From an uncultured Spirochaetota bacterium (GTDB lineage Bacteria; Spirochaetota; Brevinematia; Brevinematales; JAOACQ01): DNA of 64,000 nt. The stretch covers positions 1,344,001 to 1,408,000 of the forward strand of contig CAVYGN010000002.1 in NCBI GenBank assembly GCA_963768055.1, written 5' to 3'. Of this stretch, positions 48,576 through 58,795 are shown piece after piece (the first letter of the stretch is position 1; every line of letters begins with the position of its first letter). The notes beneath the pieces are model-generated. The model made no database searches. It had not been told where the DNA came from and saw only the letters and a list, made by a program, of their open reading frames with translations. The translations under genes and the position numbers were made by a program.

Positions 48576-49745
48576 TTGATGATTTCGCCTGTCATAAACC
48601 ATGAAGCGATCAAAAATTATAACCGTAGGAAGATCTTAAGTCTTTTATCTGTCAAAAGGGAATTGACAAGGCATGCTATTTCTTTAAGTACGGGCATAAG
48701 TATACCAACGATCACCATTAACATACAGGAATTGATTGAAGAAGGTCTTGTCGAGGAAGCGGGTAAAGCGGCGTCAACCGGAGGCCGAAAGGCGCGCATC
48801 GTGCGTTATCTGCCTGACGCGCTTGTTTCGTTCGGGGTTGAAATTAAGCCGGAAAAAGTCAGAATTCTCCTTTCTAACCTGGATCTGGAAGTCCGCTTTG
48901 AAACAGAGCTTAAAATGGAACCCTTCGGCCGTATCGACGATGTTTTGAAACAGACCTCGGCCGAAATCGAACGGATTCTGCTATCGCAGCAGATACCGGC
49001 TGAAAAGGTCCTTGGCGTCGGCTTTTCGCTTCCAGGCACTGTAAATCAGGAAAAGATGACGCTGGAACTGGCGCCCAATCTGGGAATGAAAGACATCCTG
49101 TTCAAGCCGTTTGAAAATGTATTCCGCTACCCGATATTTATCGAAAATGAAGCGAACGCAGGCGCGCTTGCTGAAATGAAACTTGGAAAATCAATAAAAT
49201 CGGACGAACTGGTTTATGTCTCGGTTGCCAGGGGAATCGGAACCGGGATCATTATTCATGGAAATTTATATAAGGGAAAAAACCAGCGCGCGGGCGAGTT
49301 CGGGCACATGATGATCATCCCCGGAGGAAAACTTTGCAATTGCGGCCGTAAAGGCTGCTGGGAGCTTTATGCCTCGGAAAAAGCCCTTATGGACCGCTTT
49401 ATTGCATCCTGGGGCGTACAGAATTCAACCGCTTATTCCATTTCAGATTTAGTCAAATCTTTAAAATCAGGTGAAAAAGCGACCCTCAGTTTATGGAACG
49501 AATACCTGGATTATTTCGCTTTCGGAATTCAAAACATCATGCTGGGGCTTGACCCTCAGGCTATTTTGATAGGCGGGGAAATAGGATCATTCGGTGATAT
49601 GCTCATCGAACCTCTGAAAGAGAGGGTGTTTACACCGCGGGGATTCGAGGGGGCCGGTGATGTCTTAATTACCCTTTCGAAACTCGGATCGCGGGCGCCG
49701 GCGCTCGGGGCAGCTTTACTTCCCATCCAGGAATACCTGAAATAA
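48576..49745 (+). CDS. xylR: ROK-family transcriptional repressor (XylR-like)
   Basis: N-terminal winged HTH with STGGRK, IENEANAGALAE and GEFGHM...CNCGRKGCWE motifs; adjacent to xylA. Confidence 0.82.
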   Translation: MMISPVINHEAIKNYNRRKILSLLSVKRELTRHAISLSTGISIPTITINIQELIEEGLVEEAGKAASTGGRKARIVRYLPDALVSFGVEIKPEKVRILLSNLDLEVRFETELKMEPFGRIDDVLKQTSAEIERILLSQQIPAEKVLGVGFSLPGTVNQEKMTLELAPNLGMKDILFKPFENVFRYPIFIENEANAGALAEMKLGKSIKSDELVYVSVARGIGTGIIIHGNLYKGKNQRAGEFGHMMIIPGGKLCNCGRKGCWELYASEKALMDRFIASWGVQNSTAYSISDLVKSLKSGEKATLSLWNEYLDYFAFGIQNIMLGLDPQAILIGGEIGSFGDMLIEPLKERVFTPRGFEGAGDVLITLSKLGSRAPALGAALLPIQEYLK

Positions 49746-49768
49746 CTGACGCGATAAGAGCGGAAATA

Positions 49769-50959
49769 TCAAGCAAGCCCGGATTTGCGGCGGGTGTAGA
49801 TATCGTATAGAACGGCCAGCAGAAGAACGCTGGCCTTGACGACATACTGCCAGTGAGCGCTGATATTCATCAGCGACATCCCGTTGTTTATCGACGCCAT
49901 TACAAGCCCGCCGGTTATTGCCCCTATAATAGTGCCGATTCCGCCCGAAGTCGACGCCCCCCCTATAAAACAGGCGCCGATGGCGTCGAGCTCGAAAAGG
50001 TTCCCGGCCTGCGGCAGCGCGGAATCCATGTATGCGGCGAAAATAACACCGGCCAGTCCGCAAAGCCCGCCCATTATAACATGTACTGTGAAGACCACAC
50101 GCTCTGTATTTATGCCCGACAGCTTTGCCGAACGCGCGTTCCCGCCTACAGCGTAGATGTAGCGGCCGAGAATCGTATTATTTGAGATAAAACTAAAGAG
50201 CGCAATGGTTATTCCTAAAAAAATTGCAACTATAGGCATGCCGCGGTAAGTAGCGAACTTCCAGGACAGAGCCCCTATAAAAAGGCCGATAAATAGAATT
50301 CTCGCCATAAATAATCCGATAGATATCACAGCAAAATTATAACGTTTCTTGTTATTTCGTGAAATGATTTCAAAAATTATATAAACGATGAAAACCAGGG
50401 CGCCTATGAGCAGCGCGGTATAATATACGTTATCTATTGTAAGCTCCGGTATATTGACCATGCCGGTAGCGATCTGTTTGAACTGGTCATCCTTGAGGGA
50501 GATCGGTGTTACATTGGTTATGATATATGTCAAACCGCGGAAAAGCAGCATTCCGGCGAGAGTTACAATAAACGCCGGTATCCTGAGATATGCAACCCAA
50601 TAACCCTGGAATGCGCCGATAAGAACACCGATGAAAATAGTCAGGACTACCGTGGAGAACATGCCGATTCCGGTATTATATAGAATGGCGCCTATCGCTC
50701 CGGTCATCGCGCAGAAGGACCCGACAGAAAGATCGATATTCCCGATAATGATAACCAGCATCATTCCTACTGCAAGCAGCAGGATATAGCTGTTCTGCAT
50801 AAAGATATTTGTTATATTGCGCGAACTCAAATTTATGCCGTTTGTCAAAAATGCAAAGCCGATCAGAATCAACGCTAACATTAGGATCATGGAATAATTA
50901 CGGATATTGCTTAAGAGCAATGAGCTTAATGAGGTTTTTTGCGATCCGCCGTCACTCAT
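49769..50959 (-). CDS. Monosaccharide ABC permease (GguB/XylH type)
   Basis: IDLSVGS, IPAFIVTLAGMLLFRG, GRYIYAVGGN and ELDAIGACFIGG motifs. Confidence 0.93.
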   Translation of the reverse strand: MSDGGSQKTSLSSLLLSNIRNYSMILMLALILIGFAFLTNGINLSSRNITNIFMQNSYILLLAVGMMLVIIIGNIDLSVGSFCAMTGAIGAILYNTGIGMFSTVVLTIFIGVLIGAFQGYWVAYLRIPAFIVTLAGMLLFRGLTYIITNVTPISLKDDQFKQIATGMVNIPELTIDNVYYTALLIGALVFIVYIIFEIISRNNKKRYNFAVISIGLFMARILFIGLFIGALSWKFATYRGMPIVAIFLGITIALFSFISNNTILGRYIYAVGGNARSAKLSGINTERVVFTVHVIMGGLCGLAGVIFAAYMDSALPQAGNLFELDAIGACFIGGASTSGGIGTIIGAITGGLVMASINNGMSLMNISAHWQYVVKASVLLLAVLYDIYTRRKSGLA

Positions 50960-52497
50960 ACAGTTACTTCCTCCTGTTTGACTAATGCCATGTGCATTAC
51001 TTTTTCCTGGGTCGCTTCTTCGCGCATCAGCATGCCTTTGATCCTGCCTTCATTCATGACGTAGATGCGGTCCGCCATTGAGAGGGCTTCCGGCAGTTCC
51101 GATGTAATTATAATTATGCTTTTTCCCTCCTGAACAAGATTATTCAGGATGGAATGTATCTCGAACTTGGCGCCTACGTCAATTCCGCGCGTCGGTTCGT
51201 CAACAATAAAAATATCCGGATTGACAAGAAGAGTCCTGCTCAAAATAACCTTCTGCTGGTTTCCGCCGGACAGGTTCCGAGCCAGCTGGTTTATGGAAGG
51301 CGTCTTGATGCGCAATGTGTCACGGAATTTTTCGGCCGCAAGGATTTCTTCATGCGAACTGACAATTCCCATCTTCGAAAGTTTGCTTAAACTGGAGATG
51401 GAAATATTTGTCCTGACGCTCTGTATCAGAATCAAACCGAGAGTTTTACGGTCTTCAGTAACATAACCGATGCCCGATTTAAGGGCCATCATAGGAGTTG
51501 TAGTGTGGACCCGTTTCCCATGAAGATATATTTCCCCCTTGCAGGATGAACCGTAGGATTGCCCGTAAATGCTCATCATCAGTTCCGTCCTTCCTGCGCC
51601 CATGGGCCCGCAGAAAGCAAGGATTTCGCCCTTCCTAAGATAGAACGAGACATTGTCTACAACCTTCAGCGAATGATAATCGGGGTGATAAACAGTCCAG
51701 TTTTTAACCTCGAGGACTTTCTCCTCAGTTTCTACAGGATGTTTTTCAAGGCGTGTATCCAGATCGCGGCCTACCATATCCCTGATGAGCATCGTTTCGT
51801 TAAGAGAATCTTTTTTAACATCGTATGCCGATACAGACTTTCCATCGCGCAATATAGTAACGCTGTCGGCAATCTTGAGCACTTCTTTGAGCTTATGCGA
51901 AATCATAATGGAAGTAATTCCCTGCTTTTTAAGCTCCCGGATGAGGTCGAGCAGCTTGTCGCTTTCATCATCATTAAGAGATGAAGTCGGTTCATCAAGA
52001 ATAAGCAGCTCTACTTTTTTTGAAAGAGCGCGGGCAATTTCCACTAACTGCTGTTTTCCGACCCCCAGCTTGCTGACGATCGTTCCGGGGTTTTCCTTCA
52101 AACCGACATAATCGAGATATTTCCTCGATTCGACAATATATTTGTCCCAGTTTATTATGCCCATCCTGGTTTCCATATGCCCGAGGAAGATATTCTCATA
52201 AATAGACAGGTAAGGGCTCAGGGACAGCTCCTGGTGGATAATGGCAAGATTTTCCTTTTCGCTGTCCTTCACACTCAAATAGTGAGTTTCCCTTCCCTTG
52301 TAAAAAACCTTGCCCTCGTAACTCCCTTTCGGGAATACTCCGCTGATCACGCTCATAAGGGTGGATTTTCCGGCGCCGTTTTCTCCAACCAAGGAATGTA
52401 TTTCGCCCTTTTTAACCTTCAGATTTACCGAATCAAGAGCGCGCACTCCGGGAAAATCCTTGGTGAGATTCTGAATTTCAAGTAAATATTCGCTCAT
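50956..52497 (-). CDS. Monosaccharide ABC ATPase (GguA/XylG type, tandem NBD)
   Basis: GENGAGKST, LDEPTSSL, LSGGNQQKV and DEPTRGIDVGAK motifs. Confidence 0.94.
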   Translation of the reverse strand: MSEYLLEIQNLTKDFPGVRALDSVNLKVKKGEIHSLVGENGAGKSTLMSVISGVFPKGSYEGKVFYKGRETHYLSVKDSEKENLAIIHQELSLSPYLSIYENIFLGHMETRMGIINWDKYIVESRKYLDYVGLKENPGTIVSKLGVGKQQLVEIARALSKKVELLILDEPTSSLNDDESDKLLDLIRELKKQGITSIMISHKLKEVLKIADSVTILRDGKSVSAYDVKKDSLNETMLIRDMVGRDLDTRLEKHPVETEEKVLEVKNWTVYHPDYHSLKVVDNVSFYLRKGEILAFCGPMGAGRTELMMSIYGQSYGSSCKGEIYLHGKRVHTTTPMMALKSGIGYVTEDRKTLGLILIQSVRTNISISSLSKLSKMGIVSSHEEILAAEKFRDTLRIKTPSINQLARNLSGGNQQKVILSRTLLVNPDIFIVDEPTRGIDVGAKFEIHSILNNLVQEGKSIIIITSELPEALSMADRIYVMNEGRIKGMLMREEATQEKVMHMALVKQEEVTV

Positions 52498-52518
52498 CGC
52501 TATATTTTCCTGTCATTG

Positions 52519-52557
52519 AAAAAAATAAAAACAGGCTGAGCCTTTACAGGCCCAGCC
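52519..52557 (-). terminator. Intra-operon hairpin with U-tract after the binding-protein gene
   Basis: The minus strand reads GGCTGGGCCTGTAAAGGCTCAGCC followed by TGTTTTTATTTTTT. Confidence 0.65.
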
Positions 52558-52572
52558 GGATAAAACTGGAAA

Positions 52573-53658
52573 TTATTTGATTTCGTCTTCTTTGTAGTAA
52601 CCGCTGTCGATCAAAACAGCCTTGTAATTTTCTTTTGTAACACTAACGGGTTCAAGGAGATATGCCTTGACAAGTTTCTTCCCTGTATTATAGGAAGTTG
52701 TATCAAGACGTGCGCCCTTGATATTAGGAGTCTGATGTTTAAGTAAAGCATCGGCAAGTTCAATAGTTGCAGCCGCAAGGTTACGCGTATCCTTGAAAAC
52801 TGTCATATTCTGCTTTCCATCGCGGATAAATGCGATTGAAGCGGCTTCTCCGTCCTGGCCTGTTACAACAGGAAGCTTTGTAGCATATTTTGCATCGGAT
52901 GAGCAGGCTTCGATAATTGCACGGGCAAGAGTATCGTTAGGAGCAAGAATACCATCGAGAACTACATCTTTGCAATCGCCGCTGAGCAGGTTTTCCATAC
53001 GGGTCTTAGCAATATTCGGCATCCAGTTTTCTGTAGTGATCTTCGTGAAAGCCGCATCGGTATCTTTAAGCGGAGCAGGGCCGACGATCTTAAGTGATCC
53101 TTTCTCTGCATACGGGCGGAGCACGCTCATAGCGCCGTCAAAGAAAACCCTTGAATTATTGTCCGTAGGAGACCCTGCAAAAAGGGTAATGATCTTCGGT
53201 TTAGCCTTTGTCGCTCCGGGAAGATCGAGCGCTTTCTCGAGGGCCTTGCCCTGGAATTGTCCAACCTTGAAATTATCAAAAGTGATATAGTAGTCATAAT
53301 CCTTCGAACCGGTAATCAAACGGTCGTAAGCTATGACTATCACACCGTCTTTAGCGGCATCAGCTACTACAGGAACAACGCCTTCGTTAACATCACCGAT
53401 AACAATAAGCTTTGCGCCTTTTGTCAGGAAATCCTGAATCTGTTCATTCTGCTTGCTCTGATCCGCATCGCCATAAGCGACCTCAGACTTATAGCCTTTG
53501 GCTATCGCATCTGCAACAAGCGAGGCGCCGTCTTTGTACCAGCGCAGGACATGGGTTTCCGGCATGGCAACGCCGATAAACTGAGTACCTGAATCAGCCG
53601 CATAAAATAGCCCGGCTGTCGCTATAAGAACAGCCGCTGTCAAGAGATACTTCTTCAT
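52573..53658 (-). CDS. Sugar ABC substrate-binding protein (ChvE/XylF type)
   Basis: Signal peptide, GVAMP, VIAYDRLI, FDNFKVG, GSPTDNN, VTGQD and MTVFKDTR motifs. Start at the ATG at 53658 after AGGAGGAG. Confidence 0.92.
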   Translation of the reverse strand: MKKYLLTAAVLIATAGLFYAADSGTQFIGVAMPETHVLRWYKDGASLVADAIAKGYKSEVAYGDADQSKQNEQIQDFLTKGAKLIVIGDVNEGVVPVVADAAKDGVIVIAYDRLITGSKDYDYYITFDNFKVGQFQGKALEKALDLPGATKAKPKIITLFAGSPTDNNSRVFFDGAMSVLRPYAEKGSLKIVGPAPLKDTDAAFTKITTENWMPNIAKTRMENLLSGDCKDVVLDGILAPNDTLARAIIEACSSDAKYATKLPVVTGQDGEAASIAFIRDGKQNMTVFKDTRNLAAATIELADALLKHQTPNIKGARLDTTSYNTGKKLVKAYLLEPVSVTKENYKAVLIDSGYYKEDEIK

Positions 53659-53696
53659 AACTACTCCTCCTATAAAATTTTCCATTTAATGTAATG

Positions 53697-53736
53697 ATAT
53701 TATCATTTTTTTTGTTTCATGTCAATTAATTAAACA
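53697..53736 (-). promoter_or_regulatory. Promoter and candidate operator of the sugar ABC operon
   Basis: The minus strand reads TGTTTAATTAATTGACA-N17-TAATAT. Confidence 0.65.
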
Positions 53737-53847
53737 AAATATTAAATGTTATTTAAAAAGTTTCAACCGTAGCCCCGCGGCAACCAGTCTTACTGACGAT
53801 AAAGACCAATATAAAATTCTTGCTGTAACACAACAAGATAAAACAGC

Positions 53848-53876
53848 TTGACAATAAGGCATTTAGGGATTAAAAT
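53848..53876 (+). promoter_or_regulatory. Sigma-70 promoter of the RR/HK pair
   Basis: TTGACA-N17-TAAAAT. Confidence 0.65.
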
Positions 53877-53907
53877 TACAAATATGCGTGTTCAACAGGG
53901 AGGTCCG

Positions 53908-54279
53908 ATGCACAGGATTCTCGCGGTCGATGATTATCAGGAAATTCTCAATATTGTAAAAACAAAACTTACCAGGAGCGGGTATGAGGTCGAAACCACG
54001 AATAATTCATCGGAAGTTATGGAACTGATCAAGAAATTCAATCCCGAGGTTATATTGATGGACATTATGATGCCAAAAATAACCGGTTTTGAACTATGTA
54101 AAATTATCAAGGATAATAAAAATCTTAAGCAAATAAAAGTTATTTTTTTAACGGCAAAGGATCTTGATTTTGCCCGAAAAAAGGCGGAGGAAGTTTGCGC
54201 CGACGGGTTTATTGCAAAACCCTTTTCACCCAATGAACTGGTTGAATACATAGACGCTCTCTTCAAAAAAGAGGAATGA
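53908..54279 (+). CDS. Single-domain response regulator (CheY-like)
   Basis: ILAVDD, LMDIMMP, FLTAK and FIAKPF motifs; GGGAGG RBS. Confidence 0.92.
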   Translation: MHRILAVDDYQEILNIVKTKLTRSGYEVETTNNSSEVMELIKKFNPEVILMDIMMPKITGFELCKIIKDNKNLKQIKVIFLTAKDLDFARKKAEEVCADGFIAKPFSPNELVEYIDALFKKEE

Positions 54280-55043
54280 TGACCGCGATATCCTATATCT
54301 TCGACAGATTTCTTGAAAAACACGACAGGATGCTTGAAAAAAAAATTCGCCGCCAGCTTGAGGTAAGCCTTACCCATGAGCTTAAAACCCCTCTTACCTG
54401 TATACTGGCTTATTCTGAAATGCTGACGGAAAACCTCGGCAAGGGTATTAACAAGGAATATGCCGAGCTAATTAATAAAAAAAGCGTAGAGCTATTGCGC
54501 CTTATCGATAATGTGGTCAATATATCGATTCTGGAATTGAATCCTCAGATCGTCAGCCTGACAGTCATTAATGTAACCGAACTTTCAAAAGAAATTATTT
54601 CGGAGTTTAAAAAGATATATGATAAAAATGACTATATAATTACAGCGGAATTTGACGAGGCGGTACCTCTTTACGGAAATGAAAAAATGTTCAAAAAAAT
54701 GGTCCAGGAGATCCTTGTAAACTCGTATTTATATTCGAAGGAATACGAACATTCTTTAATAAACTTAAAGGTTAAAAAGAACGACAACGGTGTATTTATA
54801 AATATTAAAGACAATGGAATCGGGATCGAAGGGAAATACCTGAACAGGATATTCGATAAGTTCTATAGGGTAGGGGAAATAGAGACGGCCAAAATTCCGG
54901 GCCTCGGCATCGGATTGCCGCTTGTTAAGAAGATTGTCGAATTGTTTAACGGAGAAATTACAGTAAACAGCAAAGTAAATGAAGGGACCGTAGTAAACCT
55001 TCAATTTCCTCCGGCCCGTCCCCATCCCGTATACAGGCAGTGA
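54276..55043 (+). CDS. Histidine kinase (HisKA plus HATPase) without a sensor domain
   Basis: THELKTPL, N box EILVNS, DNGIGI, IFDKFYR and GLGIGL motifs. Confidence 0.88.
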   Translation: MMTAISYIFDRFLEKHDRMLEKKIRRQLEVSLTHELKTPLTCILAYSEMLTENLGKGINKEYAELINKKSVELLRLIDNVVNISILELNPQIVSLTVINVTELSKEIISEFKKIYDKNDYIITAEFDEAVPLYGNEKMFKKMVQEILVNSYLYSKEYEHSLINLKVKKNDNGVFINIKDNGIGIEGKYLNRIFDKFYRVGEIETAKIPGLGIGLPLVKKIVELFNGEITVNSKVNEGTVVNLQFPPARPHPVYRQ

Positions 55044-55121
55044 TTTTCAATCCGAATTCTTTACAATAACGATCATTATTTTTATAATTAACGTCTATTT
55101 TAATATCTTAAAAAACGGGGA

Positions 55122-55580
55122 ATGATTATGAAAATTGCAATTGCCGGTGATCACGCGGGTTTTAAATTAAAGGAAGAGGTCAAGGTCTACCTTAAGGAAA
55201 AGGGGCATGAGATTGTCGATTTCGGTGCATTCTCCGAGGACCATACGGATGATTACCCGGACACTATAAAACTCGCAGCAAGGGCCGTCTCAAGGGGCGA
55301 ATGCTCCCAGGGAGTCGTCGTTTGCGGTTCAGGGGTCGGAGCTTCGATCACAGCTAATAAGATCAAGGGTGTGAGGGCGGTCCTCTGCATGGATGAATAC
55401 TTAGCCGAACATTCCAGGGGCCATAACGATGCTAATGTCATTGCACTTTCAGGTAGGAGAATGACCATGACCGATGTGTCGCGTTACCTGGATATCTGGT
55501 TTAACACGCCCTTTGAAGGCGGCAGGCATAAGAGAAGGGTCGATAAAATATCTGAAATAGAAAAAGAGGAATGCAGGTGA
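55122..55580 (+). CDS. rpiB: Ribose-5-phosphate isomerase B
   Basis: DHAG, DYP, CGSGVG, ANKIKGVRA, HNDAN and FEGGRH motifs. Confidence 0.95.
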   Translation: MIMKIAIAGDHAGFKLKEEVKVYLKEKGHEIVDFGAFSEDHTDDYPDTIKLAARAVSRGECSQGVVVCGSGVGASITANKIKGVRAVLCMDEYLAEHSRGHNDANVIALSGRRMTMTDVSRYLDIWFNTPFEGGRHKRRVDKISEIEKEECR

Positions 55581-56440
55581 TCGATGCAAAAACATCGGTA
55601 TACTGTATAATAGGCAAACCTGTCAGGCACTCTTTTTCTCCTGCTATCCAGAATGCCGCCTTTATGGATAAAGGCATAAATGCGGTTTACACCGCTTTCG
55701 AGGTAGGCGATGCCGGCGATTCGGTTCGCGCTATAAAAGCGCTCGGTATTTCCGGGGCAAGCGTGACTATTCCATACAAGGTCGATGTGATTCCTTTTCT
55801 GGACGGTATTTCTGAAATATCGGGTATGATCGGTTCGGTCAATACACTGATTTCGAGAGACGGGAAGATCTTCGGGGACAATACTGACGCCAGAGGCTTT
55901 TACCGTGCGCTTACCGGAAAGACTTCAACTGACGGCAAAAAAATAGCCTTATTCGGTGCGGGCGGGGCCGGAAGGGCGATTATTTTCGCCCTGTTTTATT
56001 ATTCGGAACCCTTTGAAGTTTATCTGATCGATCCGGATAAGCAAAGGGCTATAGATCTTGCTGAAAATATCAGGAGATCTATCCCGCAAGCCGGCAGAAA
56101 GAAAGCGGCTCAAATAGAAATTATCGGCAGGGATAACTGGCGCGATATAAAAGATACGACAGATATAATTATCAATGCCACACCGATAGGAATGGAGCCG
56201 GATACCGGATCGTCGGTCCTCGATGAGGATGAAATCCCGGAAGGCCGTGTGCTGATGGACATAGTATACCATCCCCATGAAACGGCCCTGATAAAATCCG
56301 GAAAAAACAGGAATTGTGAAATTGTTTATGGAGCGGATATGCTCCTTTACCAGGGGGCCATGCAGTTCGAGTTATGGACAGGCCTTGAAGCGCCGGTAGA
56401 AGTAATGCGAAGTGAATTGGAAAAGAAAATTTACGGCTAG
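55571..56440 (+). CDS. aroE: Shikimate dehydrogenase
   Basis: HSFSP, SVTIPYK, NTD, GAGGAGRA, INATPIGM and MLLYQG motifs. Confidence 0.95.
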   Translation: MQVIDAKTSVYCIIGKPVRHSFSPAIQNAAFMDKGINAVYTAFEVGDAGDSVRAIKALGISGASVTIPYKVDVIPFLDGISEISGMIGSVNTLISRDGKIFGDNTDARGFYRALTGKTSTDGKKIALFGAGGAGRAIIFALFYYSEPFEVYLIDPDKQRAIDLAENIRRSIPQAGRKKAAQIEIIGRDNWRDIKDTTDIIINATPIGMEPDTGSSVLDEDEIPEGRVLMDIVYHPHETALIKSGKNRNCEIVYGADMLLYQGAMQFELWTGLEAPVEVMRSELEKKIYG

Positions 56441-56526
56441 GGTGGATGAGTTGGCCTGTTGAAGCTCCTAGCCTTTCCTGCCGATTTCAAAACAATATTC
56501 ATCCGGAAGGATGTTGTTTGAACGGC

Positions 56527-58176
56527 TCAATCCCTTGGCTTGCCATATCTCTTTTCGACGGTTTCGAGAAGATCAGGGATTCCATGGGTATTAAAATATG
56601 TTTTCATTTCCTCATAAACTTCCCTGCTGTTTCCTGATAGCAGGTATGCTGTTATATAGTTATAAACTGCGTCGGGATTTTTAACAATTTCCTGAAACTC
56701 GGCCAGGGCTAGATAATTTCTATACTCTTCAGGATAGACCCACATTATCGAATTTATATAATACGAAGCTTTATTGTAATCATGCAAGGATATGCTATCG
56801 TTAATGATCCTGTTGAAGGCGGCGTCTTCACTCAAACCCGATATCGAGCGGTCTTTAAAGAAAGGGTTTGAAAGGGGGGGCCTTGATACAAAGGGTATCC
56901 GCATTGTGCTGAATGGAGGCTGGGCGGCTAAAGCAATTATAGCATTGTAGGCGTAAAATTCATTGAGGGGTGTAAAAAATATCCTCTTTTTAACATTTTC
57001 CGGGTCATTAAAAAAAGCGGTTAATCTGTTCATTGTCTTTTTATCAAAATGAAAAATATCGGCCAGTTTTCCGGCAAGGATTTGAGCCATTATAATATGC
57101 CCGGTAATATTAAAGTGCACATGGTCGAGGAATATTGTATTTCCAAGGATTCCCGGCCCGTATTTCCCGGTGAGGAGGCCCTGGAGCGGAATAAAATGGT
57201 AATATGGATTTGCTTCCTCACGGTGCGAAGAATAATTCGAAATAGCGGTATAAATTTCGCTTCTGGCGCGGAAGGGTATCACATCGTAATCCCTGGCGGC
57301 GATATAATTCGACAGGCCGGAGCCGTTATTCTTCTCATCAAAGAGCTTCGCTTCCCTATACAAATCGCCGGCCCGGTCTCCTCCGAACGGCGGAAAGTCA
57401 ACAAGGTTGCAGGCAGGTTCGACAACAATTACATGGACTCTCCTGGATGAACAGGCTTTAACGATTATATCGAGGTTTTTTATAAAATCTCCGGCTATGA
57501 GGGCGTCCTTCTCATGGTCCCTGGGTAATGTTTTCCGGTTAAACTGTTCAGCCATCATAGTTGTCTTCCCGTGCATTACCGGCCTGGTCAGATCACCGAA
57601 TAAATTGAATAAAAGCTGAAAAATCCTGAACTCTTTCAGACTGAGATAGAGCTTTTTTATAAAAAAATTCCCGCCTGTCGTCGCGCTTACGGTACCGTAA
57701 TATTCATTATGCCCGGAAAAAATTATTATAAAATCGGGGTCGTAATCGAGGATTTTCAGGGCCGTATCGGCATCGTAAAAGCTTGACATAGCGGAGAATC
57801 CCATATTGAGGATTTCCACTCCGTTGTAATGCCCGGTAGTCCTTAGTGCAGTTTCAAGGACCTTTGAAAAAGAGTGATTTGAATAATAGGGGAATCCCTC
57901 GGCGGTGGAACCGCCGATCACAAACCCGCGCAGGACGCCGTTCATTTTTCTATAAGAGAAAAAGTTCTTGACCGGCTGCTTTGAAAAGTCTATAAAGCGG
58001 TTATAGTACTTGTTCCTGTACTGCCGGTTGTCAATATAAAACTGTCCCATATAAGGGTGCCGGATAAAAGGCTTTGTATCGAACCCCGCGCCTGAGAGTC
58101 TCAAAACGGCTTCAAGGAGGACAAACGCAGAAAGAACAATGAATGTAAATACAGCCGCAAATAAAATCCGCTTCAT
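56527..58176 (-). CDS. Membrane-anchored SGNH/GDSL hydrolase-like protein with C-terminal TPR-like helices
   Basis: N-terminal TM (LEAVLR), block I GGSTAEG, block III GHNEY and block V DHVH. Confidence 0.8.
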   Translation of the reverse strand: MKRILFAAVFTFIVLSAFVLLEAVLRLSGAGFDTKPFIRHPYMGQFYIDNRQYRNKYYNRFIDFSKQPVKNFFSYRKMNGVLRGFVIGGSTAEGFPYYSNHSFSKVLETALRTTGHYNGVEILNMGFSAMSSFYDADTALKILDYDPDFIIIFSGHNEYYGTVSATTGGNFFIKKLYLSLKEFRIFQLLFNLFGDLTRPVMHGKTTMMAEQFNRKTLPRDHEKDALIAGDFIKNLDIIVKACSSRRVHVIVVEPACNLVDFPPFGGDRAGDLYREAKLFDEKNNGSGLSNYIAARDYDVIPFRARSEIYTAISNYSSHREEANPYYHFIPLQGLLTGKYGPGILGNTIFLDHVHFNITGHIIMAQILAGKLADIFHFDKKTMNRLTAFFNDPENVKKRIFFTPLNEFYAYNAIIALAAQPPFSTMRIPFVSRPPLSNPFFKDRSISGLSEDAAFNRIINDSISLHDYNKASYYINSIMWVYPEEYRNYLALAEFQEIVKNPDAVYNYITAYLLSGNSREVYEEMKTYFNTHGIPDLLETVEKRYGKPRD

Positions 58177-58781
58177 TACATACTGGAGGGCGAGGAAAAA
58201 TAGAGCCCCTTGGGCACAATAATCTTATTTGTAAGCGATATAAACTCGAAACCGCCTGTTTTACCGTTCTCCCTCCCGAGGTCTGAAATATCAGATGGCA
58301 AGGTATTCGTTCCGGAGGAAGCGCTTATCATGATATTGCCGAGAACATCGCTTGTTAGCAGGAGCGTTAGTCTTCCCATGCAGGCTATTTGCCCGTTTGT
58401 TACTGTAAAGAAAAAGTTGTGCATACTGGAAACAGTCATATTCTGGTTCATCGAATGGAGTAAAAGTTCTTTCACCTTGTAATTTCCCTGTTTTAATGAG
58501 TAAAGAAACGAACCATCTTCTTTTACCATGTTTATGTAAAAGGGTTTTTCGCCGGGATTATCGGCAGGTTCGATAAGAAGGGACAGATAGCCGATATCGT
58601 TACCGAAAAGTGAAGTCGATTTTTTCTCATAACCATATGAACCGAATAGATAAGCGGAATTTGTAGCATCCATCCGTGATAATACCTGGGGGTCGATATT
58701 CGGCTTATTTAAAGAACCGCCGCATGCCGCCACCAGAGCCAGCATGAAAAGCGCACTGAGATATTTAATAAAGCTTTTCAT
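58176..58781 (-). CDS. Hypothetical lipoprotein
   Basis: Basic N-terminus, hydrophobic core and lipobox VAAC. The stop overlaps the next start (TAATG). Confidence 0.75.
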   Translation of the reverse strand: MKSFIKYLSALFMLALVAACGGSLNKPNIDPQVLSRMDATNSAYLFGSYGYEKKSTSLFGNDIGYLSLLIEPADNPGEKPFYINMVKEDGSFLYSLKQGNYKVKELLLHSMNQNMTVSSMHNFFFTVTNGQIACMGRLTLLLTSDVLGNIMISASSGTNTLPSDISDLGRENGKTGGFEFISLTNKIIVPKGLYFSSPSSM

Positions 58782-58795
58782 AAACACCCCTGGGG

